Shown piece after piece: positions 26,299 to 38,959 of a stretch of DNA of 64,000 nucleotides. Within the stretch, counting starts at the first letter, position 1. Each line of letters opens with the position of its first letter. Both the position numbers and the translations under genes were made by a program. Origin of the DNA: Octopus sinensis (Eukaryota); contig NC_043021.1 in the NCBI RefSeq assembly GCF_006345805.1, positions 25,110,001-25,174,000 of the forward strand, in the 5' to 3' direction. The notes below the pieces were generated by a model that did not search any database, had not been told where the DNA came from, and worked only from the letters and a program-made list of their open reading frames with translations.

Positions 26299-26469
26299 AT
26301 TGGTTGTGTGGTAAGTAGCTTGCTTACCAACGACATGGTTCCGGGTTCAGTCCCACTGCATGCCACCTTGGGCAAGTGTCTTCTACTATAGCCTCGGGCC
26401 AACCAAAGCCTTGTGAGTGGATTTGGTAGACGGAAACTGAAAAAAGCCCATTGTATATGTGTGTGTGTG

Positions 26470-26518
<49 letters not shown>

Positions 26519-26755
26519 TATATATGTATATGTATATGTATGTATGCGTGTGTATATGTTTGTCCCCCCCAACATCGCTTGACAACCAATGCTGGTGTGT
26601 ATTTACGTCCCTGTAACTTAGCGGTTCAGCAAAAGAGACTGATAGAATAAGTACTAGGCTTACAAAGAATAAGTCCTGGGGTCGATTTGCTCGACTAAAG
26701 GCAGTGCTCCAGCATGGCCACAGTCAAATTGACTGAAACAAGTAAAAGAGTACAC
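26298..26755 (+). mobile_element. tRNA-derived SINE with internal (TA)n/(TG)n
   Basis: GCTGTGTGGTAAG head, GGGTTCAGTCCC B-box, CCTTGGGCAAGTGTCTTC core; near-identical copies at 51188-51585 and 53207-53570; many fragments on both strands. Confidence 0.85.
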
Positions 26756-26838
26756 GAGGAGTGTATGAAAAGTTTTGAGCCTTGAAGTCTTGTGCCATGT
26801 TTTGTTTTTTTGAGGCTCAAGACTTTTCCTACACCCAT

Positions 26839-26874
<36 letters not shown>

Positions 26875-27289
26875 CATACACATATATATCACATGACCAA
26901 GCAGGCTATCAGATGTTGTTACACATCGCTGGTCACTGTGCTTTTTACATTGTTTTAGCCTACAAATGATGTCACCCCACAGACTAGGTGAGCAGGCTGA
27001 CTTTCCCCTCTGATTGAAAGGGAAACTGGAGCAACATGAAATGAAGTGTTTTGCTCAAGAACACAATGTGCTGCCCAATGAAGGCATTAAACCCATGATC
27101 TAATGATTGTGAGTACCACACACCTAACCACTAGGCCACACGCCTTCACGTTATGCACATATATAAATGTCTATATGTATGTATGTGTATATATTTGTGT
27201 GTGCATGTACTTAATATATTTATGTGCATACGCACACACACACACACACACACGTGCATACATATATATACATATATATGAATGGAAAT

Positions 27290-27662
27290 CGATCAATGGA
27301 AATTGCAGATGTGTTACCAGTGCCGGTGGCATGTAAGAGAACCTTCCGTTTCGCGACCGTTGCCAGCACCGCCCCGTTTCGTGTCCGTTGCCAGCCTGGC
27401 CTGGCCCTCGTGCCGGTGGCACATAAAAAGCACCATCCGTTCGTGGCCGTTTGCCAGCTCTGTCTGGCACCTGTGCGGGTGGCACGTAAAAAGCACCCAC
27501 TACACTCACGGAGTGGTTGGCGTTAGGAAGGGCATCCAGCCGTAGAAACACTGCCAGATTTGACTGGGCCTGATGAAGCCTTCTGGCTTCACAGACCCCA
27601 GTAGAACCATCCAACCCATGCTAGCATGGAAAACGGACGCTAAACGATGATGATGATGATGA
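27290..27662 (+). mobile_element. (ATG)n-tailed repeat with internal ~45-50-bp tandem units (RTE 3' UTR type)
   Basis: Repeated GTGCCGGTGGCAC.TAAAAAGCACC units followed by the conserved tail; CpGs retained. Confidence 0.75.
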
Positions 27663-27671
27663 TATATATAG

Positions 27672-27720
<49 letters not shown>

Positions 27721-27829
27721 AATATCAGTTCAGCATTTGAGGAAGTGAGGAAAACGGGATGACTAAGGTGGTTGATAGAAGATGAGTTGGTGGGGGGGGG
27801 CTTGACAGAACCTCTAATTCTGCTGAGAT

Positions 27830-28150
27830 TGACAGGTCTTCTCAAGTGCAGCCTAAAGCCATTCGTCTTGGTCCCTCGTTATCTCCTCTGAGAGGCTCAA
27901 TATCTTGAGGTCTGTCTTCACCACTTTGTCCTATGGTTTTCTAGGTCTGGCTCTTCTACATGTTCCTTCCATGTATAGCAATCAGCACTTCTTTATGTAG
28001 CTATCCTCATCCATCTGCATCACATGACCATACCAGCAGACTCTTCTCTCCCGTACACCACATTTGATGCCTCTTGTGCCTAATTTTCCTCTAAGCCCAT
28101 TTGTACTTCATCATACATGCACACTGACATTGCATGTCCATTGGAGCATA
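27830..28150 (-). mobile_element. RTE LINE 3' fragment (family of 57850-58911)
   Basis: CACATGACCATACCAGC = antisense of RWYGHV; related fragments on + at ~33700-34100 and ~42900-43250. Confidence 0.65.
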
Positions 28151-28189
28151 CTTGTTTCATTTATTTCCTTTCAAGTTTTCGGATGATAT

Positions 28190-28358
28190 ATAATATTAAA
28201 AATGGGGAAGACTGGTTTATGCGATTACCTTAATTTTCCTGTCCATAAAGAGTTTAGCTTTATGGTGTGGGATTGACAGTACACCATAAAGCTAAACCCT
28301 TTATAGACAGGAAATCTAAGGTAATCCCATAAACTGGCCTCCCCCGTTTTTAATATAT
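28190..28358. repeat. Imperfect ~75-bp inverted repeat (MITE-like)
   Basis: ATATTAAAAATGGGG...TTTAGCTTTATGGTGT / ACACCATAAAGCTAAA...CCCCGTTTTTAATAT. Confidence 0.7.
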
Positions 28359-28440
28359 ACTGCTCTACATCCTAGAGTGTGCTTCTTCTTTTGGATTTAT
28401 GTTTTTTACAAACAAGATATATATATATATATATATATAT

Positions 28441-28999
28441 ATAATAGAAATATTAAAATTACTAAGTCTCTCTAAAAGAGAACAACGGCAGCGTTCCCGG
28501 AAAATAATAGTTATCGCCATACTAATATGGCATTCTTATAAAAATAAGAATAAAGCTGTCTGCTTATTAGCTCCATGAGGCCATCGCCTTAAGTTAGCTA
28601 TTTGATACACAAACTGTATCCATATAACCTTCGAACAAGGGAGGTCAGTCGCTCCACACTACTTGACCGGCAGCTACAGACGTGTTTCGGGGTATTGCCC
28701 CTTTTCAATGCAGCGTAGCCAGACCAGTAGGTGTCGCTTCTGACAATCTCTGTTCGATGGTTTTATTTACCTAGCTTCGGTGGAATACATCCACTTGTTT
28801 TCAATAATAGAAATATTAAAATTACTAAGTCTCTCTAAAAGAGAACAACGGCAGCATTCCCGGAAAATAATAGTTATCGCCATACTAATATGGCATTCTT
28901 ATAAAAATAAGAATAAAGCTGTCTGCTTATTAGCTCCATGAGGCCATCGCCTTAAGTTAGCTATTTGATACACAAACTGTATCCATATAACCTTCGAAC

Positions 29000-29000
<1 letters not shown>
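28441..29000 (-). mobile_element. 1.5 tandem units (period 363 bp) of a Penelope pLTR/retrozyme-like repeat with a minimal hammerhead
   Basis: 28441-28637 repeats at 28804-29000 with one substitution seen; hammerhead fold at 28673-28714 (-). Confidence 0.75.
28673..28714 (-). ncRNA. Minimal type I hammerhead ribozyme, U3-A8 core variant
   Basis: GCUGCA-UUGAAAA-GGGG(CAAUA)CCCC-GAAA-CAC-GUC-UGUAGC: 6-bp stem I, 4-bp stem II, GUC cleavage triplet. Confidence 0.65.
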
Positions 29001-29038
<38 letters not shown>

Positions 29039-29768
29039 CACACACACATGCACAAGTGCAAGTAATGACAGTGTGCTAAGAAGTTTGCTTCCCAACCACA
29101 TGGTTCCAGGTTCAGTTCCATTGCTTGGCACCTTGAGCAAGTGTCTTCTACTATAGCCTCAGGCCAACCTGAGAGGGGAACATGTTGAATAAAATCATAA
29201 TTAACTGATCCTCCTGTATTTTCTTTTCCAAAAAGCCAGGAACTTTTCAGCCTCACCCCCTCGTATAACAATGTTGATTAGATCAAATTCAGTATATATT
29301 CTTTGGATTACTGTCTTGTCTGATAGTGTGTAGGTGTGAATGAACTTAATAGGGTAAACACTAGGGTTAATAACCAAATTAAATTATTATTATTATTAGT
29401 ATTATTATTATGATTATATGAAAACTCTCAGCTTATTTTGCTGGGTAGGATGGAAAGTGTCAGCCGATTAAGGTGACACTTGTTAACTGGTCATGCTTCA
29501 AGGACCCTGCAAGGAATTCTTGCAGTTCCAAACAGTGCTTATTTTTGTAGGTGTTCTACCTTCACACTTGTACCACTGTTTTTTTAGCTATGTTGGTAGT
29601 TGAGTGCTGATACTTCCAAATGTGCCAGTCACTACTGGTATCATATCCACTCTCTTCATTGCCCACAGCCTGCATATTTCCCACTTCAAATTGTCATAGA
29701 TGTTCAGTTTTTTTTTTCTTTCTTTTTCATTCTGTTGTCACTGGGACATGCTATGTCAATTACAATGC

Positions 29769-29801
<33 letters not shown>

Positions 29802-30458
29802 CATTGTGGCAAGCTGGCAGAATTGCTTAACAGCATTTCGTCTAAGTTGATAATTCAAATTCTGCTGAGATTGACTTTACCTTTCTTTCTTCCAAATTCA
29901 ATGAAATAAACCCCCTTTGGGCCCTAGGGTTGGTGTAAAATCTACACTACCCCCCCCCCAACTAAAAAATGTTCAGACTTGTGCCTATTGTAGAATTGTT
30001 AGCACACCTGGCAAAACACCTGGTGACATTTCGTCTGTCATTACATTCTGAGTTCAAATTCTATGGAGATCAACTTTGCCTTTCACCCTCTTTGGGAGTG
30101 GGGGGGGGGCAAAATTTTAAACCATTACTGTTGTTGCTGTTACATAGTGCATGTATGTACATGTATAGTTGTTTGTGTAGCTTTCTCATGTGATGCTTTT
30201 AGATATATATCATGGTGTGTTTGATGTCATGTGATGTTTTTTGATACCATGTAGTGTTTTTAAAAAAAAGCATAACTGTCATACAAGTAGTGGAAAACAT
30301 GTGCCGCCATGGAGAAATATTACCTTGCTTTGGAGACAGGTGATGACAGGTGAAAGGAAAAGCATCTGACCATAGAAAATCTGCCTCAGCAAATTCCGTC
30401 TGAACCATGCAAGCCTGGAGAAGAAATAAGTATTTGAACAATGATGATGGGATTGGTG

Positions 30459-30571
<113 letters not shown>

Positions 30572-30838
30572 TTATAAAATGAGATAGGGGTTGAAAATTC
30601 AACCCACCATGGGATAATATATATCCAATATACTGCTAGATAGGTACCCAACAAATTTATATATATGCATATATATATATATGCACACATAGAGATGAGG
30701 GTGGCATTTACGATCGTTTTGATTTACTGTTTTAAGTAAATCCCTTAAGAATGTGAATATAGATAGATGCATCGGTTAGGATGCAAAAATAATTGATACA
30801 TGTGTGATGGTAATGTAAACAAAGTGGTCATTCTTACA

Positions 30839-31627
30839 GGATCTTTTCGGTTTGAACGGCAGTTTTTAACATAATTTCTAGGTAACTAAGAAATTTTAAA
30901 CTTTGTATACTGGTAGAATGTGTTTATAAAACATCTTTTTCTCTTGGCTTTATTGAGAAAATTCTATAGTTTGTAAGATATTTGTTGCTTTTTGTCTTCA
31001 ATTTCTGCAATTTCAACCAATCAATGTCATCTATTGAGGTAAACAACATTCTGTGCCGTATGAATATGTCCCTCATTTAAGAAACAGATTGGGTTTATTT
31101 ACATTTGTGAAGAAAAAAGATACCCTTCCCCCCACCCCTAACCCTAACCCTAAAACATTGAAATGCAATAGATCGATACTAGGGTTATAATTATGGGTGA
31201 CAATTTCATACGACACCACTATAAAAAAACTTATCGGTGTCGTATGAAATTGTCACCCATAATTATAACCCTAGTATCGACCTATTGCATTTCAATCTAT
31301 TTTAGATTTAGGATTAGAGTTAGGGTTAGGGGTGGGGGAAGGGTATCTCTTTTCTTCACAAATGTAAATAAACCCAATCTGTTTCTTAAAGGAGGGACAT
31401 ATTCATTATGCACAGAATGTTATTTACCTAAATGGACGCCAGTGATTGGTTAAAATTGCCGAAATGCAAGAAATTAAAGACGAAATATGTTACAACCTAT
31501 AGAATTTTCTTAATAAAGCCAAGAGAAAATGATGTTTTATAAACACATTCTATCAGTATACGAAATTTAAAACTTTTTAGTTACCTAGAAATTACGTTAC
31601 AAACTGCCATTCAAAAGGAAAAGATCC
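30839..31627. mobile_element. ~790-bp palindromic foldback DNA element with perfect 8-bp TSD
   Basis: Arms 30839-31217 and 31236-31627, 18-nt spacer, GGATC...GATCC termini, TTCTTACA duplicated at 30831-30838 and 31628-31635; internal (TAACCC)n. Confidence 0.88.
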
Positions 31628-31983
31628 TTCTTACATTAAATTTTTTTCCTTGCACTGGTAAATTCGGTTGATAGAAGTTTACTTGTGGTAGATCGGTTAG
31701 TTTCGTTGGGTAATTAGGGCGGGGTGATATTATTTAGGTGCGAGTTTCCTTGTTTAATTAAGCACATTTTTTCGCACGTGTGTATTCCGTTGTACTTATA
31801 TATATATATATACACACAGGTATACACACACACACATATATATATACACACATATGTATACACACACATATATATATATTATATATATACACACACATAT
31901 ATATACACACATATATTATATACACACACACACATATATATCTGCATATATATTTTTACATATATATGCAGATATATATACAT

Positions 31984-32019
<36 letters not shown>

Positions 32020-32020
<1 letters not shown>

Positions 32021-32215
32021 TATATATAGTTGAAATTTACAGAAAAACAAAAGACGAAGACAGGTGTATGAACAACAAGCAGGTGTGTTCGTTTGACGAT
32101 CAGGAAAGTGTGAGTCTTTTACGTTTCGAGCCTATGCTCTTCAACAGAAAGGAAATAAACAGAGAGAATAAAAAAACTTGTGGATTTACCGATCAATCAT
32201 ATATATGTATTTGTG
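32020..32215 (-). mobile_element. Short pLTR-like repeat with hammerhead fold (32116-32151); second copy at ~54180-54385
   Basis: CUUU-CUGUUGA-A-GAGC(AUAG)GCUC-GAAAC-GUA-AAAG on the minus strand. Confidence 0.65.
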
Positions 32216-35200
32216 TCTTTAAGATAGCCATGTTTACACGAGTGTATAGATAGATGTATATGTTTTAACATGTTTATTTTTTCTCTCCTCTTGTTTTAAT
32301 AGATTTACAACCAAGACTTCTGACATGAAATATCTCTTCGCATTCAAAATTGAACACTTATTTTTAAAAAAATTTCTTTGAAATAAAAGAATAAAAAAAA
32401 GGGGGGAAATTGGTGTTTATGATTCATTTAGATAACTTTGCTGTCTCTTTCATTTTGTCTTTTTATCTTTTGCTAGCCTAGTTTGAATACGAAATTGAGG
32501 GATGAAAATTTTTTGTGAGACACTGATGTAGTTTTAAAGAGAGAGAGACATGTTCATTTACAAATAGAAATCGTAAATCATTCAGCATCATCACCATCAT
32601 CATTGTCTTCATCATTTTTACATCCACTCATCAGTGTTTGCATGGTTTGGGTGAGTCCTTTCCATTTTATTGCATTCTTGTGTATGAGATGTTTTGGTGC
32701 TGCCTGTTTGGCATTTATTGATTTGACACTGATTCATTTGACCTCAGACATTTTAACGTTTTTATTCTTCCCTCCTTTCCCTGCTCCTCTTCCTCCTTCT
32801 CTACCCCCCTCCCTCTCTCTAATATTAATATGTGTGAGCATTTACCTACGTTTATATGTTTGTACCACAGATTATGGAACCCTGCCAACAAATATGAGGC
32901 AGACAGGCTTACTTTTTTGCTAAAGATTATTCTTGCATTCATCTCATAATAAAGAAGGGAGTCCATCATTAGTGTCTCCACATCCAGGCCGCATCTCATC
33001 TAAGCTGATTGTTTTTCTAATCAGTTGCGCTAAACTATTTCTTTCATAATTTGGTCCACACACACACAAAGTGGCATGCAGTGAGATTGAACCTGAATCC
33101 ACAAGGTCGGGAAATGAGCTTCTTAACAACACAGCCATGCATGCAACTGCGTGTGTGTGTGTGAAAGCACATTTGGCAAAAGAATAGGGATGAATGTAAC
33201 AACAGCTAGGTGTTGTATCTCGGTCGGAGCCATCCCACTCCAATTACAAACAGGAAAACCACCGATAGAAATGGAAAGGTAAGGGCTATACCTAGACTTC
33301 AGTTTCTAGGGTTTTTCTTTTAGGTGTTCAATGTCCTTTAATGTGGTATACTTACTATTAGTTCTCCTTTATCCTTTATTCATTTCAGTCATGGAAGGGT
33401 TTACTCGAATGAACCAATCCCAGATTCTTGTTCTTTTCTTTCCAGCCTGGCACTTACTCTTTTTTCTTTTTTTTTTTTCCCAAACTGCTTAGTCGTAGGG
33501 ATGGAATTAAACTAAGACTGGCTGTCAAGTGGTGAAAGGAGACAAGCATCACTCATATCTACATGCATATTCTGCTACCTAGGGGAGCTAATTGGTAGTG
33601 GGGGACATTGTATGGAAAGTGTAATCACTAGAATAAGAACAGGGTGGAGAAAATCTAGAGAGCTTTTATCTTCATTGGCAACCAAAGGCCTCTCTCTCTT
33701 TCTCTCACTCTGAGTAAGAAGATGCATGTATACGAACAACAATGCCACATGGTTGTAAGACAGGACCCTGAATGCTGAGACATGTCAAAGAGTAGAGAAG
33801 AATGGAGCTTGTATGCTCCACTGGATGTGCAGTGTCAGTGTGCAAGTGTATTGAGAGAAAAGTTAGGCATCAGAGGAATTGGATGCAGGGTGCGAGAGAG
33901 AAGACTGAGCTGGTTTGGTCACATTATACGGGTGGATGTAGACAGCTGCGTAAAGTAGTGCTGGTCACTTAAAGTGGATGGAACTAGTGGAAGGGGGAGA
34001 CATGGGATGAATTGCTGAAGGCTGATTGTTGGTCACTGATTCTTATGAAGGAAATGACAAAGGACCGAGATGTCTGGTACCTTGCTGTACTCAAGAAGAC
34101 CACCTGCCCACTACAGCAGACTTACTAATGCTTCTACCCCAGCTGAAGAGGTTGTTTTTTTTTAATTTTGCCTTGGAAAGCCTTCAAGCTATTCCATGTA
34201 TAAAGTACCCTTGCAGGTGCCACATAAGAAGCACCCAACACACTGTAAAGTGGTTGGCATTATGAAGGGCATCCAGCCATAGAAACCAGGCCAAATCAGG
34301 CTGGAACCTGGTATAGCTCACCAGCTCTGGTCAAACTGTTCAACGCATACCAGCATGGAAAACGGGCATTAAATGATGATGCATAAATACATATATATAT
34401 ATATATATATATACAATGGGCTTCACCCCAGTTTTCATCTACTAAGACGTTGGTTGGTCCCTGAGCTATAATAAACGACACTTAACCAAAGTGCCATGCA
34501 GTGGGACTGAACCTGGAACCATGTAATTGTAAATAAGCTTCTTAGTTACACAATCAAAGGTTTCTAGCAATAAAAATATACATGTTGTAATCATGCATAT
34601 TTTGTTCACTTGTCATAACAAAACACATAACCTTCATTACCCTCATCATTTACTGCCCATGTTCCATGTGGGCCTGGGTTGGACTACTTTACAAAATATT
34701 GAAGAGTTGATAAGGATGGTGCAAGAAAGCTGACCTTTGTCATAAACCTGCCAAACATGACACTTGTAAAATTGCTGAGCACAGTTGAGGCAATGAGTTG
34801 AGTACTGTTCTAATGTTCTATATTGCCTTCTGTTGTGTCGTACATCCACCACCATAAAACTGTGAAGATTGCCTTGCGTTTCTTCCTAGCATAACATGAT
34901 GGTTGTTATAAATTAATGTTTTATGTTAAAATGTGATGAAATGTACTGGAGTGTTTATATGTAATTGTGTGTATGTGTGTGTGTGTGTGTGATGATGATG
35001 ATGATCATCATCATTATTTTGACATCCACTTTTCCATGCCTGCGTGAGACAGAGAATTCATTGAGGTAGATTTTCTTTGGCTGCCTGCTTTTCCTGTTAC
35101 CAACCCTGTTTCCAAGCAAGTTAATAGCCTCACTTGTCTATTGAACAATACAACAGCCCAGACGTTGTTATGTGGAGAACTAGAAAGAAATTACATGATT

Positions 35201-35479
35201 CCAATGACTTTTTTTCTCTTTTTTCCATAAAGATCCCACATGTGAAGAAAGCTAGACCTGCATTCATAGTGATTGGCTGTGAGGCTGTTATTTATTTGTC
35301 ACATGAAGACAAAGGGAAATCCAGACACATGCACACCACCTGTTTCTTCAGTTTCTTTCTACCAATTTCTCTCACAAGGAATTGTTCAACCCATAGTTGT
35401 GCTATTAAATGCCAGCTGACGGCATTCACATAGTGAAACTGAATCCCTAAACACCTGGTGGGTCTCAAGCAAACTTTCC

Positions 35480-36090
35480 CCCCACAGCCATGCCTGTGTC
35501 TATTTACATATCCAGGATGTTCAGGCTAAATTTGATGATCTTTTTTATGTCTCCTTTTTACACCAACAGCTTTGTGTATTGGTGCACAGTCAACAGTGTT
35601 GGAGAGCATAAAGATATTAAAGTTGTCATTGAGAAAAAGTCAGCTGAACATGGAGGACTGGAAGCTGTCAGAACATTGGGGAAGAGTTGTCTGTACCATG
35701 ATGATTCACACCAGATATCCAAATGCCAACATCATCACTGCTGCTCAATGCTCCATGAACACTGTAAAGGCTGAAAGACAAGACATGGACAGCTGCAGTG
35801 GAGACTAGGAAGCCATGACCAGCAAAAAGGTGATGGTCGTTGGGTGTAATTCTGGTGAGGGTGTTGTTATGTTGCCTAATTCTTTGAACAGGACCTTAGG
35901 TTCAACTCGGATGGCCTTGTGAAGCTGCTGAAAGGTCATATGTGTGGCAGCAGGATTTGGCTCCTTGCCATACCTTTGGAAAGAATAAGAAGTAGTTGTT
36001 GGGGGAATTTCTATAGCTTTGCCAGCCCCAATTTCTGAGAGCAGTTACTTTGAGTAAAGTGTTATCTCCCAGCCATCATCTAGTTGATAT
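35480..36090 (+). mobile_element. Decayed maT/DD37D-type Tc1/mariner transposase remnant
   Basis: YVWQQDLAPCHT (cf. QQDSAPCH), preceded by AKKVMVVGC-like text; stops and frameshifts. Confidence 0.65.
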
Positions 36091-36209
36091 ATTTTGATTT
36101 TTTTAAAATGTTTTTTATTTCTGGATGGAATATTGTACTTCCTTCTCCTTTTATGCAAACTGTCAAACTTAGCGCATGCACACACACACACACACACACA
36201 CAGAATAAT

Positions 36210-37272
36210 AGAAATACTTTGTTAAATGGAAGTTTTATTATTTAATATGGTGTTGGTCCACTTTTGTCATCAATTACAGCTTTAATACATTGAGGAATTG
36301 ACTCCTACAAGTTCTGAATGGTTGTTGTGAGAGTTCTAAGCCATTCTTCAAGTGAAACCTGATTTAGCTATTTCAGCAGCGATGACGGAGGGAAGCAACT
36401 TCTGTCTTGTTGCTCCAAAATGCAGCATAAGGGTTCAATTATTTTGAGCTGCAGTGATTGCGAGGGGACAATCCTTGTGTCTGCCTCACTTTTATGCTCT
36501 TTGTGCTAATCTTGAATAACATGAGCTGTGTGGATCAGTGCATTATTGCCCTGGAAGATCGTGCTACCATCAGGGAACAATATTTGCAACATAGGATGGA
36601 CATGATCAGCCAAAATACTGAGATAATCCTTGGTATTAACTCTGCCGTGTAGAACAGCCAAAGGAATTCCATGATATGGCTGCCTAAGTCATCACAAATC
36701 CATTTCCATGCTTTGGGGTGGGGCCAAACAGTTGAAAACCTCTTTGGGCTGTTCCCAAACATAAAGTCATCACAAAGTGGGAAAAATGGTGAATGATGAT
36801 TAATCAAAGAAGCTGACCTTGTTTCATTGAGCCATTAATCACTTTTTCCACTTATCAATGTTGATGAGGGATAGGTGAAATTTAGCAATTCCAATCCCAC
36901 CCCCATTCCCTCTAATAGCCAGATTTATGGATGCAGTTTTGTTGGACTCAGGGTTGGCATGTAAAGGTAGTGCTTTAACTCTGCCATCAACTTCAGCAGT
37001 TTTTAGATACACCACGTTTCACTATTCTTTGGTCCTTTCCTGAGAGCTTTGCCTTCTGTCCAGAACTGGTTTTACTTTGGTTTTGGAATGCCAGACACTG
37101 GAAAAGAAAAAAGAAGTAAAACAGAAGTTTGTATCATGAAATGCAAGGCATACATAATGTATATGAAGACACACACACACACACACGTGTGTAGTGTATA
37201 ACAGTTTGGAATTACCATTAGTAAAAACAACTAAATAAAAATTGGTGCCTCCATTATTTTGCCCAACCCCTA
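36210..37272 (-). mobile_element. Decayed Tc1-like (DD34E) transposon
   Basis: Antisense reads ILADHVHPM.Q.LFPDG..IFQ; TIR-like end CCATTATTTTGCCCAACCCCTAC. Confidence 0.65.
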
Positions 37273-38923
37273 CTTGTGTATATTTGCTTGTGTAGCTTTA
37301 TGCTTCCCTCTATGTTCCTACCACTTCATGTTTAATCCACAATACTTTAATCTCTTATCACAACTTTGTTTGTGTGAATCTTTTAGCTAATTCTCTTTAA
37401 TCAACCTTCCTTGTTTCATTTCTGAGCTCCTTGTCTTTGAACACTCATGGTTTCCAGTGCAGCAAACTCGGTTCAAGATCTCATTAGTGAAGTCAGCATT
37501 AAAAGACTTGACTCCTAACATACAAGAAGTGGGTCAACATTTTTGAGAACAACTCTTTGGGGATTGATGTCACTTGGAAAAAGTTGGCACAAGATCTCTA
37601 TTCTTCAGGTTGATGGTCAGTCCAAGTTGTATACATAATTGAACACTTGGAGTTAAAATCTTACTGCATTTGTGGTGGTGGTCATATATTTCCCTTTAGT
37701 AAATTTGGAATCTCTCTCCAAAAGAAAAGCAGTATATGTTGACTGCTTCAAAAACAAATGGATTCAGGATTTAAATGTTGATGTTATTTAACCCTAGGTT
37801 TTCTCAAATTAAGCAAACCTGTCAGCAACTGCATTGCAACTGTTGACTTCCAATCTTATTTTCAGACATTGTTTATCTGGGACTACATTATCCAATGTGA
37901 CATTCTTGCTGGTTTAGCCCCCATTCTACCTTAATGCATCAGTGTTTCAGCTGTCAACATCTGATCATATTTTCTGATATTGTATATTTAGGACTTCATG
38001 ATCCATTGTGCCTTGTGTATGATTTGAGGGAGAAATTATTCCTATTTCTAGCTAGCTGAGTCACGACTTAGAGCTCCCTCTTTGGTTCATCTAAATATCT
38101 GCACCCATTGTTGTTTAGCCCCTGGGCAACCTTGACTGAGCCAACCTGTGCTGTGATCATCTTGTTTATATATTTTCCAGGCTGTGTGGTTAAGAAATTT
38201 GCCTCCCAACTATGTGATGTGGGTTTCAATCCCACTACATGGCACCTTGAGTAAGAGTCTTCTATTGCCCTGGGCTAACCAAACCTTTGTGAGTGGATTC
38301 AGCTGAGAAAAACTGAAGAAGCCTCTCTGGATGTGTTTCAGTTGGTCCTTGTCTTGACATTGCACAACAGTTATACACAAGTCTGACCATCGTCCACTCA
38401 GTGTCCTCAATTTCCAGTGTTCTGTGAGAACACATTTGGCCATTGGGAAATACTAACTTTGCTTGGAAACAGGTAAGGGTTGGTGACAGAAAGAGCATCC
38501 AGCCATAGAAAATCTTCCTCAATAAATACCCTCTGACCGATGCAAGAATGGGAAACTGGACAGTAAAAGGACAATGTTGACTACATACTCCATTATATCT
38601 TTAGAAACACTAGGGTGTGATTTGAGGACGATTTAGCTGCTATGTTCAGCATGATAGTGTTTAAGGTTTGTTAGTTTTTTTGTTGATATCCCAGTCATTG
38701 GATATATTACCAAGCAGGAAAGGAAGGAGGAAAACAATGTGTTGTTACCATTGGTAGTAAAACTACCAAAGGTCTTCTTCTTGTTGATGATGTTTGCTCT
38801 TTCTCTCTCTCTCTCTTATCCAGTCTCAAGTAATCCTAGCAACTACATTGAGCTGAAAGTTTACCTTGCTATATATTTAACTTTGAAGCTCTTACTGGTG
38901 GGCTTACTTAAACAAGCATGCAC

Positions 38924-38959
<36 letters not shown>

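Noticed and set aside
27330-27500. Regularly spaced ~25-bp repeats with variable spacers, CRISPR-like at first sight
   Set aside because: Eukaryotic context, degenerate units, spacers related to each other, no cas genes; it is the LINE-UTR minisatellite.
31136-31332. (TAACCC)n/(TTAGGG)n as an interstitial telomere or fusion scar
   Set aside because: Only 2-3 units, symmetrically placed within the arms of a TSD-flanked foldback element.
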